Part shown: in pieces, positions 37,001 through 48,800 of the stretch | How the letters are laid out: each line of letters starts with the position of its first letter | Position numbering within the stretch: position 1 is the stretch's first letter | Assembly: GCA_964199315.1 (NCBI GenBank) | Contig: OZ116698.1 | Location: 24,552,001-24,616,000, forward strand | Origin: Orbicella franksi | Taxonomy: Eukaryota | Length of the DNA: 64,000 bases | Reading direction: 5' to 3' | Notes under the pieces: model-generated | Databases searched by the model: none | What the model saw: only the letters and a program-made list of their open reading frames with translations | What the model was told of the DNA's origin: nothing | Made by a program: the position numbers and the translations under genes

Positions 37001-38885
37001 GCCACACGTATGTTGTGACTGATTTCTTAATAAAGACTTCTAACTAACTAACTAAATTAGCGAGTTGCCTCAGGCTTCTTCTCATTTCTAAAGTGGCAAA
37101 TTACCAGTTGACTCTTCTGTTTTTGTTTCAGTCCTGGGAAAACCCCTTCTTGAGATGGAACCCAACTAAGTATGGCGGTGTAAAATTTATCAACATCGAC
37201 CCGAAGCTTGTTTGGAAACCCGACATTGTTCTTTACAACAGGTAAAAATGTTTCATCCGACATCCAGTATAGGAGGATGACAGAGGGAGCCCATGCTAGT
37301 TATTTGTTATTCGGTTATATTTAGCTCCATAGCCAGTAATAAACTATTTTTATCCGCTTTGCAACTCTGGGACTCGTACCTTATTCAGTAAGAATTTGAA
37401 CTGAATCTTAAGGGGAAAACCTTTGGCAGATTGATAATTAGTTATGAAGATGATGCCCGGCAAGCGTCGAATGTCAAGTTGTAAAGATAACTGTCTGGCT
37501 TTGCTGGGGACTTCTTTCCCCACCTCATTTTCTAGCTCTTCATTGACTATTAGGTCTGCTTCTCTTTACAAAAACAGCTGTAAATTGTTGTTGTCGACGA
37601 GAACTCTTTATTTTAACGACACCCAAGATTTTATAACCATACATGAGACGATTATCGTCTTCTCTTGAAGAGAAGACGTTATAGGCTCGCACTGCGTGCA
37701 GACGACGGTGTTACAGACATGCAATGACATTTGATGTTTTGATAGACATGTAACCATTTGATATGTTGTTTTCTAATATTTTTATTAACTGTCTTTTCGT
37801 TACCGTGCAGCATTCAGAGCGACAGTGGTGAAATGTACAAGTTCAACACAAAAGTTGTTATAAACTACAATGGCTCGTGTCAATGGTATGCCCCGACCGA
37901 AGTAAAAACCGTCTGCAAAATCGACATCACGTACTTTCCTTTCGACGAGCAGCGCTGCACCATGGTGTTCGGCTCATGGACGTACACCAGCGGTTCTTTA
38001 AACCTAAAGCTCGCCCGAGAAGAAGTGGATTTATCGGGCTACATTGTCAGTGGTGAATGGGATCTGGTGAAAGCCGAGGCCGTGCGTAATGTGGTTAAGT
38101 ACAGTTGCTGTCCAGATCCGTTTATAGACATCACTTACTCAATACTTCTGCGCAGAAGGGTGCTCTTTTACCTTAACAATTTGATCTTCCCCTGCGTTGC
38201 GCTCGCGATTTTGACGGTGTTTGCGTTCTTCTTGCCTCCCGAGTCCGGTGAGAGAATCTCGCTGATCATAACGATTCTCCTGGGCTTGACTGTATACACA
38301 CTCATATTCACAGAAAACATACCACCCACTTCAGAAGTCACGCCGCTGTTGACTAAATATTCCACCGCCATAATGGCTTTGCTAGGTTGTTCACTGGTTG
38401 TCACATGCCTGGTTTTGTGGATTTATCATCGTGACACGTCAGTAAAGATGTCTACAACCTTCGAATTCTTCGTCTTCAAAGTTCTTGCTAAAATCCTTAG
38501 GGAAAATCCTGAATCGGAACAAACCCCAAAAGATCCACCAAAACGAAAATATACTCCGGTGACTTTGGTCGCAGACCGCTGGCCAACGTACTTTCCCGTA
38601 CAGCGACGTAAAACATCAGAAAGCGGAAATTCAAGTCCGCAAAGCCGCTCGCCGAATGGTGCTCCCCAAGAATTCGTGTTTCCCGCGCAAATGGAGCGTA
38701 AAATGGATCAAGTTATCGCCAAGCTCGATGCAGTTGCGAACTCTTTGACAGTTGATCAAAGTGAAGAAGAAAAGAAAAAGAAATGGCAGGCAGCTGCCCA
38801 AATCATCGACAAAATTTTCTTCTGGTTTTTCACAATAGTAGTTATCACAGTGACTGTTGTAATGTACTTTATGATCCCTTCCTAA
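28082..38885 (+). CDS. nAChR alpha-type subunit, gene 4, ~476 aa; exons 28082-28142, 30408-30547, 30920-30964, 37132-37241, 37811-38885
   Basis: GT-AG introns with consistent phases; the CDS sums to 1431 nt. Exon 1 MTHSGLLFVLVIAACHKVFR (putative signal peptide, least certain). EVRPV, WKPDIVLYNS, CKIDITYFPFDEQRC, GSWTY, YSCCPDPF and M1-M4 are present. The 6.2-kb intron 3 is occupied by a LINE. Confidence 0.9.
31599..35353 (-). pseudogene. LINE ORF2 (endonuclease-reverse transcriptase), disrupted
   Basis: APE motifs SINTRGL, QEAH, GGDFN, DFFL, TDH; RT motifs WRPLTLLNCDYK, DFEKAFD, QGCPLSP, YADD. Lesions: +1 frameshift in an A10 run (34423-34432), TAA at 32740-32742, frameshift or deletion near 32595, TAA at 32073-32075. 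Confidence 0.93.
35653..36600 (-). CDS. LINE ORF1p (L1-type: coiled coil, RRM, CTD), 315 aa, uninterrupted
   Basis: From MAETLEETL. Heptad-rich region followed by LEAYSRRENLKFENIPE and RVHRLG..KPRPILARF, typical of L1/Tx1 ORF1. The ORF-track start at 36717 lies outside the TSD-defined element. Confidence 0.88.
   Translation of the reverse strand: MAETLEETLNKRKTRVSSSDESSISNASPESKKLKSGEHAVRVHEVSELDTEEDVSLPALNMTEEFSDTLQNILKKLDKLDSIKKSMKDFQATLLKLEGRVQNLESCHATTRRDVDDIKESLNSIEADRQEASQSLKKMQDNTNTKLKSLEEENLKLGARVKEVEDQHLYLEAYSRRENLKFENIPEDDASREDTELVLRSFLERDLGYVDAASVEIQRVHRLGKKKEGKPRPILARFLRFKDCQSLLALGPRLRETNFKMYQDLPFEIVERRRAQMDTFKKAKRNNIPASFSKAQPDKLFVRGKFWPLGKELEL
36681..37055 (+). mobile_element. 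5'-truncated CR1/L2-type LINE 3' fragment with (CTAA)4 tail
   Basis: Translates as RAYRFGYTNK...DLFKRITSDTGHVLYDLLPPKRNRALR*RGHDFILAKVKTERFKRAFVNRCLF, resembling the CR1/L2 ORF2 C-terminus. Followed by AATAAA at 37029-37034 and CTAA repeats at 37040-37055. Confidence 0.75.
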
Positions 38886-38969
38886 GAATTGAACTGGATT
38901 AGAACAACATGATTTAGAGGACTGTAGATCTATGAATCAAACCTCTTTCTATGAGAGCGACATTCAAGT

Positions 38970-39220
38970 GGAAGCTATTAAGATGAACTTTGAAGTGAAA
39001 CTGTTTATTACGTTGTGCAAGGATGTTTTAACTTTTAGGTCTTTGAAACGAAACCTTCGCGTATAACCATTCAAATGAAAGTTATCCAGCAAAACTGTCA
39101 CGCCGCATTTCTACTTAGCTCTGTATATTACGTAGTTCATAATGGCCCCAACTTCTGTAACTCTGTAGATGGAAAACTCAAGTACCATCAGGAAATCTGA
39201 AGCTATTGACAAGTATTTTT
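38970..39220. repeat. Degenerate copies of a tandem/interspersed repeat in the gene 4 3' region; related copy near 11290-11385
   Basis: Shared motif accattcaaat(g/a)aaag at 39066 and 11368, with similar aacttt..gtct..g context. The family resemblance is recalled, not verified. Confidence 0.4.
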
Positions 39221-40271
39221 ATCAGGCACCGATTTTTTTCATTATCTATTTTTGTACAATTAAATTTGGGTTTTTTTTGTTTTTGTTTATTGCTCTAAGC
39301 AATACAGGAATTAAAGAACAAAAAGACAATTTAGTGATCGATCTCAGAGGAACTTTGTAGCTAATCGAAAACCTAGATCCTCGTAGTACCAAGTACCACA
39401 CCGATCATATTCAAATTGTATCGTTTCATATGTATACGACTGGATGTATGTAAACTGTAGCAATATTTTGCACCAAATGACCCGTATAGACTATGATTTC
39501 ACGACTCCCGTGGGCCTTGAAATCACTCCCAGCGATGGAAAAAAAAAGGAGAAGAGCAGGAAACGGAATACAAGAGAGTGGAGGGAAAAAGACTGAAATT
39601 CCTATAAAATTTACGTCGCCTACTTTCTCTTTAACACTGTTTTCATACATTCGGACATGTATGTGGTATAGGGTATATAGTAAACGAATTTAAAATAGAC
39701 TTTGAATCTACACTTTGATTCTCAAAATATCAGGATCAAATATCGAAGCCTGTTTTGTTACTTGATGAATCAAGAGGATATTATCCTGTCTGATAACGCA
39801 ACTAAGGTCATTTCAAAACGCAAAGAGAATTTGGTTAAAAAAGATCCTGGTTTTTGAGATTATTCTGAGCGGTATGGAATTGAAGCCATAGAAATGTAAT
39901 TTAGAACCGAATCGATAGATAATCAGGTAATGACTTTAATCCACTTCCTCATGTTTGGAATCAATACACATGCTAGACAACAGGCCAGATACCATTTGAT
40001 TGGACAGTTCTTGGGGTTCTCACGTGCGATAGATCGTGCGAGGTAGATCACTGGACAAAGTTCAAAGCTCAAACAAGAGTTGTTGATTAACTGAAATTTA
40101 TTTCCGATGGTCAATAAATTGTGATTCTTCAGAGAAACCTACTACTACTGGAAAACCAGTCACAATAAATTTCACTAAACATGGGTCTCTGCACTATGTG
40201 AGGGAGTTCTTTGACAGGAAAAACTCGATCGCTAAGGTTACCGTCTTAAATTTAGTTCACATTCCTGCTTT

Positions 40272-40685
40272 TCATGGTTTTTGGCCACGTACAAAATTAC
40301 CTTTATATTGGAGGAAACCCGAAAATAGTAGCTGACTAATACCCCATTCACAACAACTAAACTACAGTTTAACTAAATTAGGTTTAGGTTTTTCCAATTT
40401 GTCGATTACGCTTTGCAGTCATTTTGTGAAGACAAATTTCAAACCACCTTGCTACCATATTTTAATCAAACTTCAAAGGAGCTTAGTCATGTTTTTTGTT
40501 GCCACGGACAAAATTACCTTTATGTTGAAGAAAACCCGAAAATAGTAGCTGACTAATACTCCATTCACACCAACTAAACTAATTTAACTAAATGAGGTTT
40601 AGGTTCTCCAATTTGTCGATGACGCTTTACAGTCATTTTGAGAAGACAAATTTCAAACCACCTTGCTACCATATTTTAATCAAAC
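40272..40685. repeat. Tandem duplication, two ~200-bp copies, period ~215 bp
   Basis: Unit 1 spans 40272-40471 and unit 2 spans 40487-40685. They share long identical blocks (e.g. gaagacaaatttcaaaccaccttgctaccatattttaatcaaac); roughly 90% identical by eye. Confidence 0.93.
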
Positions 40686-40956
40686 AGGTTTTTACCTGGT
40701 TAAGTTATGGGGTGTGCACGGTATGAGCAACTAATTTTTGACCTTGTTTAGTTAAACCATTTTTAAACTTGCTTAACATGTTGGTGTGGACGGGGTATTA
40801 GAAAATCACCAATGAGATAATAATAAACCATAAAGGAACGAGGATGGTTAAGGAAAGAGAAGATTAACACGGATTATAAACGAAGAACTTGAAAAGTTTG
40901 GCCTAAACCTTTCAAGATGCGCAAATCGTGACGTAGCTCTTTTAAGGGTCTTCAAG

Positions 40957-41043
40957 TAGCCTGCGAATACAGCCGCCTCTCGTTCGTCCGCGTTTCGCAC
41001 GCAGTAGCGGGAGCGAATGAGAGGCGGCTGTATTCGCAGGTTA
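40957..41043. mobile_element. 87-bp MITE with TAG..(C/T)TA ends and 9-bp TSD (Academ/AcademH-like)
   Basis: 25-bp TIRs tagcctgcgaatacagccgcctctc / gagaggcggctgtattcgcaggtta (1 mismatch). TSD GTCTTCAAG at 40948-40956 and 41044-41052. Confidence 0.85.
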
Positions 41044-41984
41044 GTCTTCAAGTAGATACCAGGCAAGATATAATGAAACACTGAATGCAATCTTCGAGGC
41101 TATCGTTTATCTGGGCTAAAACTACTTTTTTTTTAACTTGAAACGTTTTTTATGCTATGAAAAAGGATCATATATTTCTCTATCATTTCCCGGAGGGGAA
41201 GATAAAAGTCCTATGCAGCTATCATGAAAGAACTCAAATTTAAAACAATTAGCAGGAAAGAGAAGGCTCCAAACAATTCGGATCTCGCGTGAAATTTCCC
41301 CTCGGGCGTGAACCCAAAACAAGTTATCGAGATTTACCACTATAAGTCGCCTGAAATTAATCCTTCTTTGAATAATTGGATGCGAACTGATGAAAGACGC
41401 TTCGTTACTTGAAGCATTTTTCCTTCAATCCAAAATGAAGATAAGAGCCAGGAAGTTGGGCGGAAAGACCTCCTTCATTTTCATGTATCTAAAAGTGCAT
41501 GTAAAAGCTGTAAGTGCTGTCTAAAAATGGGATCAGATTAAATGATAATAGCCCTTTTCATGTTTAGGTTTTCTCATTTGCATTACAATGTAATCCAACG
41601 TGGATGCGAGGCAATGTCGCGCTAAAACTACGATAGCCCGAAATTGCCTCACATACAGGCTAGATTTCATTGCAATGCAAATAGACAAAAAGTGCTCTTA
41701 TTCGACGGTCAGGCAAATTAACAAGATCGAATAGCCTGTGAAAGGAGACTACTTCCAATATTATAAGGAGAGTACGGTCTTCCCACACACTCAATAAGTA
41801 CTTGAAATTTGCAATGGTTATTAGACAAACCTCAACGCGTGTGTAACTATTGTTGTAGATATTTTACATACACCATGAAGTGTTTCACTCGTCCTCTGAC
41901 GTGTGACAACGGTATGTCTTTTTTCTTTTTCTTTTCTTTTCCTCATTTCGTTTCACACTGCATAATCTGAAATAGTACTACGAT

Positions 41985-44804
41985 TTAGACAACTAAAGTC
42001 AACTTCTTTCTCTCTTCATTTGTTGTGTTATTTAAATCCTCCCCTTGTTGTTTCATATTAACTCTCCTCCTGGTCTGGACGGCTTGAAGCTTTAGTCGAC
42101 GTACTAGGAAAGCCTTCTTCCACCCGATATCTTCAGCAACCAAATGAATTTCAGGTGAAATCACTACAAAGTGCTTGGTATAGAGCCTTCTCCATAACAT
42201 GTCGCTGGAAGAAGCATTATACAAAGCTCGACAAACCTGCAATATGGTGACGCGCAAAACTGAGAATCAGTCAAGACGTACAGTGGCTTGATATTGATAA
42301 GCAAGAGAATGGAAAATACTGATAACTACATGCAGGTATTAAATGATACAATGAAATTGTTATGACAATGTAGTAACCAGGAAAACTATAGGGTTGAAGA
42401 ACATGCATCAGATTTGTAATTGTGTGTTCAGTAGCAGTCATCAAGGCAACTAACACTTACTTTTTTGCCGTTTGTTTGCCACCGTGACTATACCAATTCT
42501 GTCGAAATCGATAATCACAATTTCTTCTTAAAATATAAATAATACGCCGGTCATTAAGACCGTATGTTAAAAACATAACAATCACTGCACTCGCAACACA
42601 AACATTGACAAAAGGTTGAATATACAATCGAGTAGGTTTGTCTCAATTTTTTCTGATATTTATTAAACTCAAGTTAAAAAAATTTTTGTTTTCTTTTTTT
42701 CCTCTTTCAGGATTACCAATATCATTGTTATATAATGCCCTATAATAGAGTGACAATATTAGTTTTTATAACCTTTTACGCAACATGACCACCAGTGTTG
42801 TTATATTGCACAAGCTCTTGAAAAGCACTATTTTGAGGCTTAAGTATTTTTAAATTTCATTTGTTCGCAAAACAATAGTTGCAAAATGTATAAATGAAGT
42901 TGAAAAATAGTTCGGGTAACTGCTTTATATTATGGAGCTGAGATTATTTGTGGACTATTTTGGTAAACTAACACGATCAAATGACAAAAATCTGTTTCCT
43001 TGTATGGCCTACACTGACAAAGGATAAAATCTGAAACTTTTCATCAAAAAGAGTAGGTATGACAAAAAAAGACAATTTACCCAGACCTCTGTAGTACATA
43101 TTGTAAGGAAGTTATTGAGAAAAGAAAATAATAATAAAATTTCAAGCAACCGGATGCTGCATCATATTGGTGTATTGTAGGTTTGGTACACCAACACGGA
43201 GGGCATAAAAATCCACAAAAATGAAGCTGATTGTTCTCTCAATATTCTAAACTTTCTCTCCGGAACTCTTCAAATATCCATTTTAATTGCTATCATACCT
43301 AAAAATTTGGAAACAGCTTTAAAATATTGGTTTTGAAACATTTAACAAAGACGTCACAGTTCTCACTCAAAATGCTTGAAAGAAAAGCACCAACAAGGGA
43401 TATTGATATGGAATTAGCTAAGAGATCTCGTTACAGTTAAGATTACATTCACTTTCATTTGTGTTTTATGATAACTTGGACTTAGAACTTAGTGCACCTA
43501 GTGGGCTTAGAACGCCAAATACGTTAATTTAGAGTATTGCTAGTGTTAAGTCCTAATGAAGCTTGGAATAGTTTGTTATAATGTGGCTGACATATTTTGA
43601 TTAATGAGATGCGTAAACTTGACGCAGATGTTGCAAATAAAGTACGCGTAACAATTTATTTCACAACTAAAAGATTTCGTTCATACTAACTCATACTGAA
43701 GGTTAAAGTGGTTCATGACCATCTGGGCGCGTGTCTTTGTTGTTTAGTTTTAAAAATAGAGCTGGAGAAACATTGAATTCAAAGCTGCCGTTCTATCGAC
43801 TCATAACTAACAAACGTTTCCTCTTATCGTACTTGTCCGTGAGACTGAAAGATGTTTGAGTCGTTTCGTACATACAGTACGTACTCGAAATGTTTTATAG
43901 TTAAACCATCATAGTTATAAATTTATTGCAAACGATAAATCAAGTGAACTCATCTATACACGTCGATCTCACCAGCGAAACACGAAACTGAAAAAATTCT
44001 TTTCACATCATAATATCATTAAAAAATAAAAATGTCAATCAGAGTTTGTGCTGGTGAATCTTGAAATTCTCAAAATGTGATATGACAATGTAGCGCTGTG
44101 CTTGTTTTGGCTTGATTAAACACGTCCTAGCTAGTTGAAAAGAAATTTAGGTAACTGATCTACTGGGGTCGAAAAATACTGCCATAAAACAATGACGAAG
44201 GTCTAAATAATGCCTTTGGTAAGAACATTTGTTTATACTCATTACATACTCAAAATAGGAATGGCCTGCGGAGTTCTTTAAATTGTATTTCGATCTCGCA
44301 GGTGCAAATGGAGAATGATGTAAATGTATTTGATAAAAACATGCAGTACTTGAAAACTTATCATTAAGTATTTACTGACTTACAAACTGTATATTTCAAG
44401 TTGACAAAGGCTTGATACGACTCTATGTAACGGTGAAACAATTATCTTACCTGTGCAAGCCGCGCGATGTCAAGAAGATCAAGTCGAACAAGAATTTCGA
44501 CCATGATGTCATTCTTCAAGTAGGGCAACCAGCTTTGTGTTACCACCGACAGGACATAATTCAAGGTGTCTGTTCCAAACACTCGTCGTATTTCACTCTG
44601 GAGTCTTTTGCCACTGGAGCTACCTTCGAAGTCTTGCCACGATTGAGTCGTTTCGCTTGGCAAGGACTTATTACTTCTCAATGTTATTTTCCATGTGCGC
44701 CATACAATAGAATCTTTCCTGACGATTAAAGAGAAGAAGTCTTTGCTCGGTGCTTGCCCCACACTGGAAGTTTCTAAAATTTTGTCGCTGTTGGCTGTTT
44801 TCAT
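41985..44804 (-). CDS. FBXO36: F-box only protein 36 homolog, ~201 aa; exons 44804-44451 and 42236-41985
   Basis: GT-AG phase-0 intron (CAG|gtaaga ... ttgcag|GTT). Motifs GQAPSKDFF, WRTWKITLR, F-box LDLLDIARLAQVC...LW and AEDIGWKKAFL..KLQ match human FBXO36 as recalled (GQGPPPSKDYY, WWKISLR, LDLEDIARLCQTS, AEDTGWRQLF..KLQ). Confidence 0.88.
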
Positions 44805-45752
44805 GACTTGACGCGGACTAAGAATTTTTTCAATAATCGAGCGTTTTGGAAGTGATGGGCATAAGCATCCAGAGAAAAACAGAAAGAAAGTTAAAATACT
44901 CAGCGAAAAAACGAAGGCGACATACTAACATTGATTTAGTAGGAATTAACTCAGACTGTAGGAACTCTCGTTCGGTGCGTTTAAAGTGGGATGTACGGAT
45001 GGCACTTAATAACACTCATTTTCTTTGATTCGTTTGTGGTGTGATTAAAAAACAATGACAGGAAGCAATTAACATGTAATAATGCGATAGAAGTGTACAG
45101 GTTTTTAATTTTTTTGTGTGTTTTGTCACAAAATAAATTTCTCCACAATGTGAAATGACGCCTCATAACATTGTTTTGTATTTCTCTCTAATATTTTTCA
45201 CCAGATCGATTTTATTTGGTTTCTATAACAAATAACTTATCAATAGTTAAAGATCCACTTTTTCAAATCATTTCACAACTACGATAATTTCATTTTAGTA
45301 AAATAAAATAAAATAGAGATAACTTTTCATTACATCTGATCTCTTCAAGTAAGAGTACAATTCCAATTAAATTATTGCAAAAAGATTCGTGCCTTCACGT
45401 CATGTTCAGATTTGTAATTTCAGTAGAGTAATTAGGTATCGATAAAGATCCATCTTCTTGAGAACATTTTCAATTTAGCTAATTAACATATCATGAATAG
45501 TTAGAAAAAAGCGAGCGTCCTCATTGGCTCAAAGGTTGCATGTTGTTATTTCCAACAAAGCTGGAGTCCGCACGAAGTAGTTGCAGGAACGTACTTTGTT
45601 TTTTTTTTCTTTTTGATAGAAATGTCTTGAATCAGCAGGCCCACGTATTTTGGAAATTAATTAGACACTTCTCTGTCGGTTGGGATTATGAGTACTTTTA
45701 CCGTTTTGAAAGAAAAACTATAAACTAATTAACAATTAGATTAAGAGTTCGA

Positions 45753-45815
45753 GATTTCTCTGAGGAGATAGTTGACGAGGTCGAAGGCCGAATCAGCTAT
45801 CACCTCATAGAAATC
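45753..45815. mobile_element. Fold-back element remnant related in architecture to 26462-26577
   Basis: gatttctctgaggagatagttga / tcagctatcacctcatagaaatc (3 mismatches in 23) around the loop cgaggtcgaaggccgaa; preceded by aacaattag. Confidence 0.65.
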
Positions 45816-48800
45816 GAAATTGCTTTCAAATTAGCGATTCCAATTATTTCTCTACATATAAAGTAATATTTATTTTCACACTTAAGCAAAATCGCATGCG
45901 AATTGAATTGTTCTTTGAAACTTGTAGCTGTTTGTACGTGCTCATCCGTTCATTGAAAATGTTGAGATTTTAAAGTCGCATGACGGTCAATTACCTTACT
46001 TTTATAGTGTTCTTGGGAATCGAATTGTCCACTAATGTTTCTAAATCTTTCTCGAAACAGTAGAGAATCGAGAAAACGAGCCATTATGTTGACGACCTAC
46101 AGCCACTGCAATCTAAGGCCTGGATGATATACAAATTGCTCAGCCAATCAGATTGCAGTATTTGCGTTATTCTACTAATGATCATTACACGCAACCCACA
46201 ACTGTCATTTACATAACCTACAACCTTGGTCGCAAGGGTTGAAAAATTCATTCTATACGCATTTTTCCCCTCCCTACCCCTATGCGATGTTGACAAAACG
46301 CTTTCATCCTACACAAGTTCGCATTTTACCATTTTCCAACATTGAAAGGGGGAATGGGGATGCTGACACTTATTTTGAAGGTATTACGGTAATGATTTCA
46401 TGTTTTTGCGTATTTTTCCAACACAATTTGTCCATGGTTGTAGAACTGTTAGTTAGGAAACTCGCAACACGTCTTTGTAGTCTCCTTCTATTGTATCGAC
46501 TGATAGAAACCGTTCACAGCGGGCTGTGTGCTTTACAGCGGTTTTTGTGCATAATTGTCAAAAGGTAATAAACAAAACCATCAATGATACCCCGTAGAAA
46601 AATTATACACCTTACGAGCGGATTCCGCGTCAGTTTTTAGGAGAAAAATGACGCAGGCTTTTTCTTCCTGTTTTACATACATGGATATCGTGTTGGGTGC
46701 TACGAATACTCGGGTGCAAACATGACTAGAGAGAGGTGGACGGTATTAACAGAAACCACACTCTTTCCTGCAAGCGTGTCGTGTCTAAATTTTGGACCTT
46801 TCCTAATTACAAGAGCCGTCCCTTGCTAATTGTCAGTACTGTTTTTTGACGTTTTCCCTAATACCAGAAAGCTGGTCCAACTTTCTAACGGCAGTGTTAT
46901 TTTAGCTTATTTTCAATTTCTTAATAAGCCCGGCTCGCGGCTCAAAGGAATCACATGTTCCACTTTCTACTGATTGCAAGTTATAATCCGGCGATGATAT
47001 GACCGCAAGGTAAACTTTTTCATTCAATAAAATGCGGAGGCATATCTTCCAAGTATAATTTCAGACAGCCCCTAATATAGACTAGGCTGGATATTCTTAT
47101 TTTTTCCGGCAGCGGCTGAATATCCTACTTTTTCTGCTGATTGTAGGCTGAAAATATCCTTGTGAATATTCTTACATTATAGTGTATGACATTTGTGTTT
47201 TCGAATGTATTTGGTGTTTGGATGGTGTTAAAGTAATTTGCCTGCAGGCATTAAAGCCTGATATGAAGCACATACCTTCTTGCAGAAATGTTATCAGCAT
47301 TGTCGCTTTTTGGCTAGTTTTGCCGTTTAGAGAAAGGAAGAAGTTTATATGGTTTGGTAAAAACAAATACTTGTATTTACAACATTAAATTCTTTTCCAC
47401 AATTTCAGCCAGGGGTCTATTCTTAAAATATTCTCACTATTAAAATTTCGCAAATTTCAGCCTCGATATTCTTATAAAACATATTTTTGTAAAATATATT
47501 CTTATTAAAAAGACTGTAATTACAAACTGTAATCAATGACCCTGCAGACAATTCAAATAATGGTTGGTGGTAAAAAGCCAACTCGACGAAATCTTATGTT
47601 GATATCCACCAACGCGACGGCGATGACGTCATTTATAAACAAAAAAGAAATATGCAACGATGACTCGACAGAGAAACAAACAGTTGATTTAAGAAAAAAA
47701 TGCTTCTTATCCAAAAATAATCCATAGGTGACTCATCTCCTAACAGAACCAATAATCACGCGTAATTTGAATATTTTCGTAATTACGAAGATGCACTCAA
47801 CTGACAAAAAACAAACGAATGATCTTAAGGAAATAAGTTTATTACCAAAGAACGCTTATGTCATTCATGTACTCACCAAGAATTATCAACCCATGGTGAG
47901 GTCCTTAAATGTTTTCACAAAACATCTTACGGTGCATGCACTCGATAAACAACAACTGGCGAAACCATCAGAGCCTGCAAGTACATCAAGATATTTGGAA
48001 AGATTAAATTCCAAAAGTGAGTTCATTGACCTGGGTTTCTTATCAAATACTTTTAATATTAACATCATGAGGTGAAATCATGAGCGGACAAAAAAATATT
48101 TTCACGATTACCAGGATGTAATCAACAAAGTACCGGCCTTCACCCATCCCAAGAAATACTTATTTATGAGTGACTCATTCAATCGGAATACCTCCCATTT
48201 CACCAGCCAGGTTATCTTACTTACGCTTTTTAACGGTTGATTTAGTAGTGCTACAGATCAGAACCTTATAAGGTAAAAACCCATCAGATTCCTTCCTCAA
48301 CAAAACACGGCAGTTGTTGATTTTCTAAATGTGGACGTCACTGGATTTAGGTGTTCATTGTCATTATCCCAGCCAGGATAAATGACTTGTGACGCAACAT
48401 GGGGAGAATGTTCCGGTTTCCCGCCAAAAATTATCCGTGCTGCAAGTCACATGATGAACTCGTTCGTGTCAGCAGCCTTCTTCATTAAAGCGTGACGTCG
48501 TAAACAGGAATGACGTAATCAACGAGCTGAATAGCGGAGCAATGAGATGAAGTGTCCCGGGAGGTTTGTGGTGAATAACCACTCAAACCACTTGGAACCA
48601 TTCTTGTGTAACAAAAAAAAAAATCGCAAAGCGGTGATTAAAACGCCTTTGGGTTCCTAAGTAATGCTAAGAATTTGGAAAAGAATCCGAAATTCTACAG
48701 AGCAAACATTTTCCAACAAACTCACTGCTCCGTGATGCAGTGCAAATCTGACCTCTTACAATTGTATATATTGAATAACAATTAAATCAGCCCTTTTAAC

